A model generated the notes under the pieces. That model was not told where the DNA came from. It was given only the letters and a program-made list of their open reading frames with translations, and did not search any database. A DNA stretch of 64,000 bases from the human T2T-CHM13v2.0 reference genome, Homo sapiens. Of the stretch, positions 25,283 to 38,904 are shown in pieces (positions within the stretch are counted from its first letter, which is position 1; every line of letters starts with the position of its first letter). The DNA lies in the NCBI RefSeq assembly GCF_009914755.1, contig NC_060934.1; one strand, 5' to 3'. The translations under genes were made by a program, and so were the position numbers.

Positions 25283-28200
25283 TTTAATTTAATTTAAATA
25301 AAAAACTACCAACTCCCTTCCTTTCACCACGCCCTATGAAATTGCGATGAAATTGTTGTATAGTCCCAGTTAATACCATTCTATGTCCCACAGGGAAGAA
25401 GCAGGCATGTTCTTCTCCACAATAGTATGCAAGGATAACAGATGTGGCAGCTAGAGAAAGGCATAGAAGAGGAGGGAGCAAACTAAGAAATCCAACGTTC
25501 ACAGGTGACACTCTCCAGCTTCCCTTTTCACGTACAATATGACATGTGCCTTTCTGCAAGACAGAACTTCATCTCCTTTGGGGAAAATATGGCAAGTCGC
25601 CTGTTCTGTTTGACTAGACCTTGATCCCAAGAAAAAGACACCTCTGCGACCAGGTCCCTGGAGAAGCTGCGTGAAGCCCGCCGTGTGGTAGTGCCCACCC
25701 ATCACCCTCCCCACGCCCTCGCCTGCAATTCATTTCTGGATTTCCAAGGACATTTGGGGTTCAAGGCAGATGGCTCATAGTTCTCCTTATTAGTACATTT
25801 GTACGAATCAGACCATGGGGACCATTTTAAGTTTAAAAAATACACGAGGAAAACTTATTTCTTCCATAATTGTAAAAGTCCTCCAAAAAGAATATAAAAT
25901 TTGAGTAAGTCCAAAGAAACAAAGACCGTGTTGTTTTGTTTTTTTGTTTTTCTTTTTCATTTTTTTTTTTCATGGCACAGTAGGCTGAAATATTGTTCTC
26001 TAAGCCTGTCTAAAAACCATCTGTCTTTCTTGGGCATGTAACCTTCTTCTGTTTATCATCCATAGTTGTTTAAAGCCCTGACTGTGTAAAGTCTGCTGTT
26101 AATTTTTAGAAAACGAAAGAGTTGTCCATTTTGTATAGACTTGGAAATAATTCTTGTGCAGTAGAGAGCGTGATCCCCGAAGTTCTGGTGCTATTGCTGT
26201 GCAGTGTGTGAACGAGTTTTCTTTCATCTAATTTAGCAAGCCTATTTCATCACTCTCGTTTGGTAACTGACTGCGGGCATAGCCGTGTCTCGTGTTCTTC
26301 TCGGAACAAGCTTTTCTTCCTGCTGGGCCCCTCGATAGCTGCCCCATAAATCTTTAACATGTGTTCATTATAAATTCCTCTGAGGATTCTATTCTTCCAG
26401 TTTTGAAAATTGCACATAGACAAAACAAGATAGAGAATATGCTAATTTTAAAATACATTTTCTCCATTAATCAAGTTTGCACTGTTGGGAAAACACTGTT
26501 CTGTGTCATAAATATTTTACCTAATTTTTACACGATACTTAGAGTATAGGGGCTTATTTAAGATTTGAGGGTGGTTATGATTTAAAAGATTTATGCACAG
26601 AGAAAATAGACACACAATTTTCAGTTGAGTCTTCCATTTTGAGAAAAACTCTCAGGAAGACTGGCTTCTAATTCCCAATAGTTTATTCTTTCACTCGAAC
26701 ACTTTAAACCTTGTACAATGGCACCATTTTTTTTTTTTGGTACTTACAATTAATGTTATTTCTCTCCCATTCTATTTTTATTTCCTTACAGAGTCAATGA
26801 AAGCAAAAAGTAGAGGTTTATTAAGCCAACTCAATGGCATTATGCCCCCAGGAAATCCAGTAGGTCAAGTGCTATAAATTATGGCCTTTTACATTGCATG
26901 AGTACCATGAAGATAAATGAGGATGCTAATGCATGACACCGAAAGAAGAAAAGGACACATTTCACTCTGAGTTTTTGTTCTACCGTTTATTTTTTATATC
27001 TTTGGGTAAAGGTAACATTCCATTACCTACGAGCAAATACTTTATACTACACCTTTAGCTATTTCTCCCATATAAATGACAAAATTGCCAATTCCAGAAT
27101 ATTGACACAAACTTTATAACACTGGACAGTCTTTCTGGCAATCTAAAAAATGAGAAATAAAAGCCCCAAATATTAAATTGATTTTCTGTGCGTTTACTTA
27201 TCACATATTAGAAAAATAAATGGTTATGATAGTCTCTGAAAATCCTCCTCATTGTTTCTCATACACATTTGTAAATGCTAGTGTGTTTTCTAACTGTATT
27301 TACAGCTCTTTCGTGCCCATCTCTCCAATTCTACCAGGTAATGTACTTGGTCTTTTTTTTTTTCTTTCTTTAACATTGTAAGTTTGTGAAGCAGGATGAA
27401 GGGAGTCCAGGTTTCTATTTCTGTACTTGTGCTCCCTAGAAGGAACAGAGTTTGGAGGACTGTAAAAGAAAAGTGGAGGTAAAAGTGTTTCCTCCAGATT
27501 GGAAGGAGATGCCTGAGGTGCAAGGGAGGAGCAGCAGGAGTGGTCAGTTGGATCAGATCGCAGCAGGTGCATTTCACTTTCCTGTAGCCTCATCGTCCTA
27601 GCAATGGCTCAGCATTCCAACCATGGAAGCTGCAGAGGAGAGTAGAGGGACGCTGGATGGGATTCCCTGCAAGAAGAGAGGACACAGCAGTCTCGATGCC
27701 TCCACCTACTAGTGCCATGGGAACAACTAAGATGCTGGCACCATGGCATGTCACCAGAGGGGATTACAAGAATGGTTGGAACAAAACATTATGAACTTCA
27801 GCAAGATTGTGGCTTGAAATACAGATTAAATTACATTATAAAAATCTGAATTTAATGTGTATGGCACAATTGCTGTACAGATATTGGATAAGGTGTGGTT
27901 GTGATTACTTATTTTTGTAGGATGAGAATGTTTGTACTGTCATTGTCCTAATCATTATGATGAAGAATCTGTCTGGAAACAAGTGAGGTTTGTATTCACA
28001 ACCTGCATGCCTTTGACTGATGTTTCTCTCCAGGGCTCTCACATCAGCTTCATTATCCGTGAACACCTGTCAGAAGGTGAAGGCTGAGGTCACTATTTGT
28101 TTCACCATTTATAATATTTTAATGAAGATTTGAAATAACACCATGACTATCACTATAAAGATAACTCACAAAACAAACAAACAAAATAAATCAGGACATA

Positions 28201-28526
28201 CAGCATTTTGAACCTTGGGATCAGGTGTGGGAGAATGTTGTGTCTAACAGTGTCAGTCTGAACTTGTTTTTAAGTTCTTAATGTCCAAAGTAATTGAACA
28301 TGTGTGTGTCAGGGGTCAAGTCCATCACATGGTTAAACTGCGCTAGTGGACTGGGGATATAAATGAAATATGCTTTCACAGTCAAGAACATACCCCATGG
28401 CTCCAGGTTTTTTCCCCCTGAATTCTTTTAGATTGCACCTCCAGTCTACAACAAGCCAAGAACTTGTCTCTTCCCTTCTGAAATTTCTTTCAGAATCAGT
28501 TTCTATGAAAGCAATAACAGTGCCTG

Positions 28527-28529
<3 letters not shown>

Positions 28530-28558
<29 letters not shown>

Positions 28559-28573
28559 GCCCACACACACACA
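28530..28573. repeat. (CA)n microsatellite
   Basis: Read directly from the sequence. Confidence 0.95.
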
Positions 28574-29809
28574 TGTCAATACACAGGTACACAGTATCAC
28601 TCACACATAGTCATGTTTCCCGAGGAAAAAAAAGTGAATGCTATATAGTCAAGTAGAAAGAATACTGTTAAAAGGCAAGCAAAACCTGATTACCTTTTAT
28701 CTGGGATATTCCTTCTTATATAATATTAACAGTGGGCTCTGAGTCCTTCCCTTCTGCATCAGTTAAAATCCTGCTCACTTTATTCCCGTCTAAATTAGTA
28801 CCATCCACTGGCCATTCTGTGCTTTCAGATTTTTTTAATGTGTATTTTTAATAAAATGATATTTATAATTCAGAACTCAGGTCATTGTGACCCTTTTCTT
28901 GCAATCTAAAATAAGATCTATAATTTTGTTTTGGAAGCATGTAGATAAGGCATTAGAAGTAAGGCATTTGTTGTACTGAAACCAAACTCCTAAAAGACAC
29001 ATTCCAGAAGTTATTTCAAATGGTTAGTCCCACCCACCATCCCTCTCCATTTCTCATTCTGATGATTTGCTGAACAGGGGTGACCCTCCCGTCTACTACA
29101 GTGAGGCCCTCAGTGGAGAATATCCATGTGTGTGCGTATCCTGAGCCAAATGATCACTAAGAGCCAGTTTCATGACTGTTTCCTAAGAGAATGTTGTCTA
29201 CGATTATTTTATTATCTATTACTTAGATACAGCCAAAATTCAGTGTTAAACCTGGAAATATAGTACTAGGAAAATATAGGACTCTTCTCTCAATGCCTAG
29301 TAGAAATGCACACACTGCATGTATATTCAAGCAATACATAAGTAAAATCATTCAAACCACTCTTTAAATTATTTATGTTTCTCTGTTTCCAAAATTGTGA
29401 AAATGCGAAATATCAAGCTATTGGCCCAAATTCTACATCTTAACTGAAATGTAGAATTACATCTCAAATAAAGATAATTTTATTGGTGGTTATGCCATGA
29501 CATGCTTATGCACTCTATGCTGGATGTTTAAACTAACCAGATATACGTTGTGAAAGTAAATCTTATAATTATTTCCATAATTCTAATATATAATTCTTAT
29601 CACAAGTACATGATTGCTGGATCTAAATCAAATAATAATTTTTACGCTCTTGATACCTGCTGGCAAGTTGCTTTCTTAAATGACTAACCAATTTATATTC
29701 CTTTAAGATTTCTGTGAGAAAACCTATGATTTTTGGGTCCACTTGATCACTCTGTGGCTTTTCCTATTGTAGTTTTCTGTTGAAGGTTATTCTCATTGAC
29801 TTCTTTTTA

Positions 29810-31180
29810 TTTTATACTTTATGATGCACTCATTGAAAGCCGCTCCACACCAAATGCACAGCTTAATACATTTTATTTAAACAAATACCCGCATAACAAC
29901 AACTCTGTGGTGCAAACACCACAGAGGTAGGAGGCCACAAACTTTGTGGGCTTTTCCACTGGCATTTTCTACAGTCTCCTTAACATTAACGCAATTTGTG
30001 ATTTTATAAAAATCTCCTCATTCTCCTTGGTAGCTTTAAGATAAAATAATGCATTTCTAAATAAAATTACACCTGTTTCTTGAATTTCAAACACATACTA
30101 TTCAAGAATATTTCCTCTCTTTAAAATGTCAGTATAATGTACTATATTGATCGATTTTTAAATGTTAGGCAAACTTGATTTTTTGAAACAAATTTAATTT
30201 GGTTGTTATGTATTGTACTTTTTGCATATTGCTGAATTTAGTTTGCAAATATTTTGTTCAGAATTTTTGCATCTATAATTATTAGTGAAATTGATAACTT
30301 CTATATATTCTTTTGTGTTTTGATACAAAGCTGTTCATTTCTCTATTTTTTTAAGTTTATGGTATATTTGTTTTATTTCTTTAAAATATTTGTTTGAATT
30401 TCCTGGTGAATCAAGCTAAACATGGAGTTTTGGGGGGAAAATATTTTTAAAAATATAATGTCTATTTGTTGGAAACAAAATTACTGATATTTCTTATTTC
30501 TACTTGCATAATTTAGTAGTTATTTAATTTTCTAAGAATTTGTCTATTTGATCTACATATTGAAAAGTAATGGCAAAATCTTGCTCATGATATTCTTTGT
30601 TTTCTTTTAAAAGTCTGTAGGATTTGTAGTGATGACTCTTTTTTATTTCCTTTCTATGCTCGGCTTCCACGAGTTTAACTGTGTGTATTCTGTAGTTTTT
30701 AAGAGCAATGTATATATCTAAAGTAAGGTTTTATGTACTAAACATATTTTGCAAATGTTCTATATCCTTGCTAAGATTTTTTTCTTGCCTTTTTCTATCA
30801 ATTATTTAGACAGGTATGTAATATTTCTCACTCTAATTGTAAATATAATTTTTTGAGATTATAAAACATTTTGCTTAATATGTTATCAGAATAAGTAATG
30901 TGGTACATAATCATTTAGAATTATTCTATTTTCCTGATGAGTTGTAATTTTTATTTTTATAATGCATGTCTTTTTAATACAGATAATGTTTTATCTCCTC
31001 TATTGGTAGATTTTAATATCAGCTCTCTGGAGATCAGTGTTTTTGCCCTTTTCTTTTGATTTTCTTGCATCTTAATATTTCTAAATATGCTTCTTTTTAA
31101 CAGTCTATTATTGGGTTTTGAAATTTTTTAAACATCCAGAATAGCCATTTTGAGTTATAATTGAAGGATCGTGTCCATTT
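29810..31180 (-). mobile_element. Highly diverged L1M (L1ME-like) fragments
   Basis: gctgaatttagtttgcaaatattttgttcagaatttttgcatctata and ttttctaagaatttgtctattt are ORF2 reverse-strand motifs. Confidence 0.7.
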
Positions 31181-31181
31181 T

Positions 31182-32295
31182 TTAAAATAAACTTTATTTT
31201 TTAGAAAAGCTTAGATTTACAGAAGAATTAAGAAGACAGTACAGAAAGTTCTTGTGTACCCCATCCTAAGCATTTCTGTTTTTAACGTCTTATCTCAGTA
31301 TGATACACTGATACAATTAAAAAATCAGTCTTGATACATTATTAACTAATGTCCAGGCTTTATTCAGATTTATTTAGTTTTTGCACGTATGTATTTTCTG
31401 TTCAAGATCCTATATGGCAGGCCCCATTATATTCCATTGTCCTGTCTCTCAATCTCCTCGTGGTTGTGATAGTTTCTTAGACTTTCCTTGTTTCCTCAAA
31501 ACCTTTACAGTTTTGAGGAGTTCCGATCATGGTTCTAGAACATTCCTCAACTGAGATTTGTCACATATGTTTCTCATTATTAAACTGAGGTTATATGTTC
31601 TCACAGGAAGACTAGAGAGGATTAGTGTCATTTTATCACATCGCATCACATATAATATGTGCTATCAACATAACTTAGCACTTCCAATGTCTGCCTGGAC
31701 TACCTGGCTGAGATAGCATTTCAGGTTTTTCTGCTGTAAAGATTATTTGTTTCACAATTTCTGTACAGCCTTCTTTAGAAATAGATTGCTTTATATAGTC
31801 CACATTTAAGGAATAGGATGTTACGTCTCAGCTTTTTAGAATAAAATGTCTATATAAATTATTTAGAATACCAGATTCTTTTTTTCTGGTACTACAAGAC
31901 GCTCTAGGGTCACCTGATATGTTTCTTGCCCTCTTCCTGGGATATCTAGGTATTTTTTTTGAAGAGCAGCATCAGAACCAAGATCTGGACACTGAGTGAG
32001 CTCCTTGCAACTGAGGTGTCCTTGACTTTGAGCCCTTTCACCTGACATAGTAAGAAAAAATATGTGTGCACTAACCTGTGACTATGTACATACCTATAAT
32101 TAGTTCTATGTAAAACTGTCTGTAACAATATTAATATTAACAATATTAAGCTGAAATTTCTATTCTGATCTTACAAACCCTAACTCATAACATGGAGCCT
32201 TCTAGACTTTTCCTCTTGCTCATCTGGAAACTCCACTCAAACAGGGGGAAATCAGGTCCTGCCACTCACACCCTTTTATCTAAATGTTTACTAAG
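31182..32295 (-). mobile_element. L1MC (MC4-like) 3'UTR
   Basis: actttattttttagaaaagcttagatttacagaa..gatacattattaactaa..tattcagattt..gtttcttagactttccttg. Confidence 0.82.
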
Positions 32296-32296
32296 T

Positions 32297-32605
32297 GAGT
32301 CAAGGTGGTTCGTGCTGTAGCCTCGGATCCCAGCACTTAGGGAGGCTGAAGTGGAAGGATTGCTTATACCTAGGAGTTCAAGATCAGACTGGGCAACACA
32401 GTGAGACCCTGTATCTACAAAAAAAATGAGAAGAGAAAAAATTAGCCAGGCATGGTGGTGCATGCCTATAGTCCCAGCTACTTGGGAGGTTGAGGTGGGA
32501 GGATTGCTTGAGCCTAAGAGTTCAAGGCTGCTATGATCCATGATTGCACCACTGCAGTCCAGCCCTCTGGGCAACAGAGTGAGAACCTATCTATCTCTAA
32601 AATAC
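32297..32605 (+). mobile_element. AluJ
   Basis: Diverged Alu dimer with J diagnostics. Confidence 0.93.
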
Positions 32606-33224
32606 ATACACACATGTTTACTACTGCATTTGCTTTTAATGCAATGACTGATATCTCTAAGATTAAATTTACTGTATTACAACACTTTTTCTATTCTTTA
32701 CCCTTTCCATTTTTCTCTTTTCTTTCATGTATTTAAATTGATTTAGTTTTATAATTTTTTATTACATAAATGTAAAAATATACAAACATTTATTGCTTTT
32801 CGATGGTTGCCCTAGAAATTGCATCACACATCTTAACCTATATTTATTTTATATTAATTGTTACTTTTCTCTTTTTTTCCAGAGCAAGACCCTTCAAACA
32901 AAACATTTAAATTATTTCCCTTCCATAATATATGCTACAGTTGTTAGATATCTAATTCTCTCATACACTTTGAAACTGAAAACATTTAAACTCTTGCTAT
33001 ATACTGTTGATATTTGTTTAAATTTATACATGTAAATTGTATTTTTTTATTGATCACTATTTTTCTCCCAAATCTCTAACTATCTGACCATCCCTTCTAC
33101 TGGAAGAACAACCAACATCCAGTTCAGGAGTCTCAGTGCCAAAGTCTTTGGCTTTCTCTAACCTTATCCTCCCTGAAGAACACAACTATTTTCATTTTGT
33201 TTTGTTTCATTTTATACTTATTAT

Positions 33225-33799
33225 TATATTTGTTAGGGTTCTCCAGAGTAATAGAAAAAAGTAGAAGACATATATATCTTCTATATATACATATATAGAA
33301 AGAGAGAAAAGTGAGAGACATATATAGAGATAGATACACACACAGGCACACACACACATATATATGAAGTGAGAGAGAGAAAGAATTATAATACATAATA
33401 TTATAATACCTACATATATAAGGAATTGGCTCATGTGACTATGGAGGCTGGAAAGTCCAAATCTCTGGTGTGAACTGGCAGGTGATAGACCCAGGGAAGG
33501 AGAAAGTGCAGTTTCATTCTGAAGGCCAGAAGCCCAGAGACCCAGCAAAGAGTCGATGTTGTATGCTGGCAAAATTCACTCTTGCTTGGGGGAGGTCAGT
33601 CTTTGTTCTACTCGGGCCTTCAGTTGATTGGATGTGGCCCACCCACATTGGGGAGGGCTATCTACCTACTCAAAGTCCACTGACTTAAATGTTAACCTCA
33701 TCCAAAGACATTTTCATAGAAACATCCAGAATAATATGAAACCACATATCTTAGTACCCCAGGGTCTGGTCAAGTTCACATGTAATATCAACCACAACA
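33225..33799 (-). mobile_element. MLT2B-like ERVL solo LTR with internal TA/CA/GA expansion
   Basis: gttagggttctccagag..aggaattggctcatgtgactatggaggctg..gattggatgtggcccacccacatt..caagttcacatgtaatatcaaccacaaca. Confidence 0.9.
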
Positions 33800-33850
33800 A
33801 AATATAACATTATTTTTTCTGGAAAGATGATCTTTTTTGCAAGAAATCTA

Positions 33851-33930
33851 TTAGGTTGATGCAAAAGTGATTGCGGTTTTTGCCATTACTTTTAATGTCA
33901 GAAATCGCAATTGGTTTTGCATCAACCTTA
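33851..33930. mobile_element. MADE1 (Hsmar1-derived 80-bp MITE), full length
   Basis: TTAGGTTGATGCAAAAGTGATTGCGGTTTTTGCCATTA ... GCAATTGGTTTTGCATCAACCTTA. 80 bp, palindromic, TA on both sides. Confidence 0.96.
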
Positions 33931-35069
33931 TATTTACCAATAAAAACTTGGAATAGACTCTTTTTTTGATTACTATTGTCAGCAAAATGTAAACTATTTC
34001 ACAACAATTGAATGAATACCCAACTGATTTCAATATCTCTAATACTGCCATCATCAGGAAATTTGAAACCGCATTCATTCCTTCTTACAAGTGTAGACCT
34101 AAGGAGGGTGCATGCAAAATAGGCAGAACCCAGGATAATTCAACATAATTTAGGGGCTGCCTGCAGTGAAAGTCATTTTGCACTAAGAACCGACTCTTTT
34201 GGGAGTAGCATCTGCTCCTCCAAGCCCTGATGGAGAGCCCTTTCTCCTGCGGACAGCAGCAGCGTGCTGAGTCCATGAGTGATGACGATGAAGGCAGTCC
34301 ACATCCCTCCCTTCAGGTACATCCTTCCACTGCATTGCTGCCCCAAACAAGATAAGAAGGGCGATGACTCCTTTCTGTTGATCTCACCTCTATCTCTACT
34401 ACACACTCAAAGCACAGGGTTCAACCAACTATCACAACCCGGAAAAAAAAAAAAAAGCAGGTTTTGAATAAGAACATCTTAAAGTCTCGTGCGGGGTGGT
34501 ATGGGAGTTCCATGCAGAGAAAAAGGGAATATGGCAGAGGGGGAATATTGGGAAAATACGTCCCCCACATTGAGGATGGAGGAAATGTTTCTTGTTTTGT
34601 TTGTTTTATTTAATCACAGAATCTGGGGCACATCTCTAATAGATTCATTTGTCATTGTAATTCATGACAGCAGGCTTAAGACTTGAAAGAACTCCTCAAA
34701 TTTACCTTCCTTTATTGTAACCGAACTATTTTTTATAAGACTAATATCTTCAGTGTGAAGCCGTGTAAAAGGATGTCTTGGAAACCATATAAAGTGGATT
34801 TACTTCCTTGTAGCTTTAGCAAGCCATTCAAAAAAGTAATTGATAAGATTGCGTGAACTAAAGGTTAAAAACAATTGGGATTTTTCAGAATGATATATTC
34901 AATTTTGTATGCAACTATTACAATGTACTTATTTTTATCTTTTATATCTCTACTAGTCACTCTGTTCAGAAGGAATTATTTGGTTATCATGCAGCACATA
35001 TTAAAAGGTACTGTGACTATAAATTCCCTATATATACATCTATATATACAATCAATATATATTCAATTT

Positions 35070-35361
35070 TTTGTTTTTGAGATGGGGTTCCACTCTTGTG
35101 GCCTAGGCTGGAGTGCAATGGCATAATCTAAGCTCACTGAAACCCCCGCCTCCCAGGTTCAAGCGATTCTCCTGCCTCAACCTCCCGTGTAGCTGGGATT
35201 ACAGGCACCCGCCACCATGACCAGCTAGTTTTTGTATTTCTAGTAGAGATGGGGTTTCGCCATGTTGCCCAAGCTAGTCTTGAACTCCTGACCTCAGGTG
35301 ATCTGCCGGCCTCAGCCTCTCAAAGTGCTGGGATTACAGGTGTGAGCCGCTGTACCCTGCC
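35070..35361 (-). mobile_element. AluS (Sq/Sp-like) with perfect 14-bp TSD
   Basis: TSD tatatattcaattt at 35056-35069 and 35362-35375. Confidence 0.97.
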
Positions 35362-35889
35362 TATATATTCAATTTAAATATTACGATAATTAAGAAAAGA
35401 ATAGATTTATATTTCCTACGGAGACTATACTTTTAGTATAGTCTCCACTGCCATTCTGTCAATGCATGCATGCTCAATATTGTATCTGGGAAGTGTTTTA
35501 CAGTATGGGGTGGTGGAAGCCAGGTTCGTAGCTAGTGTCTATTTTTCATGGGATAAGGACCCTCACCATGCGAGAGCTAAAGTTACCAACTTGGTATCAA
35601 TTGACTTGAAATCTTGGAATTTTACAACTGTGTTCACATTCAGGTGCCAGGCTAGAGCTGGCCCCGGCACAGCACTGGTATCTTTCTCCCTACCTGAATC
35701 TCTGTCCAGATATTGTCCTTTGCCTTCTGTCCTTTCATTACATTAACTAATTAATTAATTGTGAAAACCAGACTCTTCTGAAGAACTCCACAATGTAGCT
35801 GGAAAATAATACTGACCTGTATGAAACAGAGACTGAAGTTGTAAGAGTTAGACAAAAGAAGAGAATATGAAATATGGAAAGTCAGTGTA

Positions 35890-36090
35890 ATTGATAATAG
35901 CAGCGATATGATTCACCATTTCTAGGGCTCCTTCCAGGCACAGTGCCAAGTGCCCTACACTTCTTACCCCATTTAATCCTCAAAACAGTCCTAACAGAAT
36001 CACACTATTATCAGACCTACTTTGCAGTTAAGAAAACTGATGCTTAGTAAAGTGAAGTAACTTTTCCAAGCTCACACATGGCAAATCCAT
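35890..36090 (-). mobile_element. MIR
   Basis: ccaggcacagtgccaagtg..atttaatcctcaaaaca..gaaaactgatgcttag..gtaacttttccaagctcacac. Confidence 0.8.
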
Positions 36091-36232
36091 TTACTTTCAA
36101 ATGTCTTATACAGGTGAGAACTTCTTTGACTTTACAGATGGGTGAGGTAACTGTGGTTGAAATAGCCTGAGAAGAATATGTGGATAAGAAGGGCCTTGGA
36201 TTATGAGTGAGACTTGAAATTCGAAATAAGTA

Positions 36233-36707
36233 CAGTTGACCCTCGAACAGCGTGGGCATTAGGGGCGCTGCGCCAATCCCCTGCACAGTCAAAAGTCTGA
36301 ATATAACACTGGAGTCCCCAAAACCGAACTACAAACAGCTACTGTTCATGTTACTGCTAACATAAACAGTTGACTAACATGTGTTGTATATTAAATGTCT
36401 CATATGCAGTATTCTTACAATACGGTAAGCTAGAGAAAAGAAAAGCTAATTAAGAAAATCATAAGAGAAAATATATTTGCTATTCATTAACTGGTAGTGA
36501 AACCTCATGAAAGTCTTCATTCTTGTCTTCACGTGGAGCAAGCAGAGGAGGAAAAGGAGAGGCTGGTTTTGCTGTTTCAGAGGTGGCAGAGGTGGAAGAG
36601 GTAGAGGGGGAAGAGGAGAGGCAGGCACACTCAGGATAATTTCCATTGGAAAAAAAAGTATAAGTGGACCCTCAAAGTTCAAACCCATGTTGTTCAAGAG
36701 TCAACTT
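36233..36707. mobile_element. Tigger2a/MER28-like TcMar DNA transposon
   Basis: TIRs CAGTTGACCCTCGAACA / TGTTCAAGAGTCAACTT with TA flanks; internal gctagagaaaagaaaa..ttaagaaaatcataag. Confidence 0.9.
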
Positions 36708-37149
36708 TATATACAATTAAGAGAGAAAGAAATGTCTCTTATTACATAAGTATTATATTGACAGTCTTTCTATTACTTTTTTGCAATAACTATATCATTA
36801 TCCTCATTTTAGAAAAGAAGTTAAATAATTAATCCAATGTTAAATAATTATGTTGTTAAGCTGTGACTTCAGATTCTTAGTGAAGGTTAAACATGTGTTC
36901 TAAACACCATGCCTCCACTCCTGGTAGCTCTCTCTGGGGTCCAAGACAAACAGGCTTTCTTACCCATGACGTGAGTTCACAAGTTTCACATCATTTTGCT
37001 AGAGCACTTTCAGAGATCAAGTATTGCTGTACTTACTGTCAGCTCCCTATAGCCTTTTTAAAAAATTCACTTCAAACCAACAGTTTCTTGGAAGAAAAGA
37101 GTCAGAAACTCAGGGAAGCAGGTGAACAGAGAGTAAAAGGACAACAGAA

Positions 37150-37260
37150 GTTCCAGAGAAATTGAGCAACAGGCCCAGGGTCACACAGGTGGTAAATCAC
37201 AGAGCACAGATAGGAGCTCCCGCACCACAACAGCATTCATTCTCTTAACCACCATACTGT
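37150..37260 (-). mobile_element. MIR fragment
   Basis: gagcaacaggcccagggtcacacaggtggtaaatcacagagc..tcttaaccaccatactg. Confidence 0.6.
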
Positions 37261-38639
37261 TTTGTACCTCAAAAATTCGATGTGTAATTTCACTAAGTTT
37301 AAATGTCACATGTCTGAATTAGCAAAATGTCGCCAAAAGTAATTGAAACGTATTTCTCGCCTTCATCTTCAATATTTGCTTCTTATTCCCAACTGTTTCT
37401 TTCCAACTTACTTTCCTCTAACGTTCCAACAAACACACAAAAACAGTGCAAAATTTGTTTTTTTAAAAAAGTAAAATAAAACAGGGAGAGAGTTTCTCTC
37501 CCTGTTGCAGAAGGAAGAGAAAAGTAATTGCCAGGAGAAGTATGTTTAGGTAAGAAAAAGATAAAAATTTGGCGCCTTAGCTCCCGTGTGGGTAGAGCAG
37601 CAGCGCAAGAGAGCTTTGTTATACACCGAAGTCCAGGTGAGAGTGCCACAGCTGTCTTGCTAATGCACCTGCAGGATCAGGGAAGATACAGAGACATACT
37701 CACAAGCCATGAGCTGCTAAGCAATCGGGAACCCTGCAGAGGAAGCCCTTTCAAATGGGAAGTCAACTGCCAAATGATCAGGAGGTGTGAAAGGAAGAAC
37801 CAATCACAAAAGAAAAACAGAAGGCAACCTTCCACCTGTACCAACAGGTAGCCCACACATTTCATCCGACTTCAACTGGAATCACACAAAGCTGCCGAGG
37901 GAAGGAGAGCAAATATATTTGTTAAAATGTCATTTTCCTTAGCTGCAAAAAATTGGAAATAGAGTTGAACGTATTTCCTCTATCACTCCCTCTTGAAATC
38001 GTCTGATTTTCTCATTATAATTTGTTACAGATGCTGCTTTAGATCTCTGCATAGAAATGTGCAATTTCTTTATGTATTTCATGATACCATCTTTTGAAAT
38101 AAAAAGGAAAATGCTCTATACTCTCTATCTGAAGTGAACCATTTTTTGCCTGTGCAATGCTAACGGCGGGAAGCATGCACAGGAAGAGCATTGGGCATTT
38201 TGAAATAAAATGCACCTAGCCTTGAAAACTGTGTTCATCCATTTCACAAGTGCCAGACTGGGCTGATTACTGGGGATTGGCTGGGCAATGCCACCATAAC
38301 TATTCTTTGTTTTCATGGGAGCTTGGAGACTAGCAGGAAAGACATACTTTAAAGAAGTAATTACAACCCACTGTACAGAGAGCATGCTGACAGGGGCCCA
38401 TGTGGTAATTCGGGAGCAAGAAACAAACAGCCCACTGGCATGTGGATGCCGTGGGAGGAGAGGCACCCTGAGGAGGGGGCATGCACTCTGAAACTCCTCC
38501 ATTAACTGCATGGAAGCAGAGCCAGAGTGGCCTCCGCAGAGGGATGATACCTGGGAAACAAGGAGAAATTAAGGCAGGGTTGAAGAGGTTATGAATTTTT
38601 TCCCAAGAGAAAGAAGCAGGAAATTTGTGAAGGAATTTA

Positions 38640-38810
38640 AGCACAAAAATGATTTAAAATTTCTATGGAAAGATTTTGACAGTTATGTGGAGAATATACT
38701 AGGATAGATCCTAGGAGACCAGCTAGAAGCGTGGAAGTGCTTCAGATAAGAAGTGAAAATAAATCGGACTGGGAGAGGGACAGTAAGATTGGACAGAAGT
38801 GAATCACTTT
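38640..38810 (-). mobile_element. L2 fragment
   Basis: tgtggagaat..ggagaccagctagaagc..ggactgggagagggacagtaaga..agaagtg. Confidence 0.55.
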
Positions 38811-38904
38811 TAAATTAAGATTTAATAAAAACCATGAATATAAAGAGTCTGCATAGTACTAAGTCAACAAATGTTTCCCTCTTGATAAATAGCAACTTAG
38901 ATAT

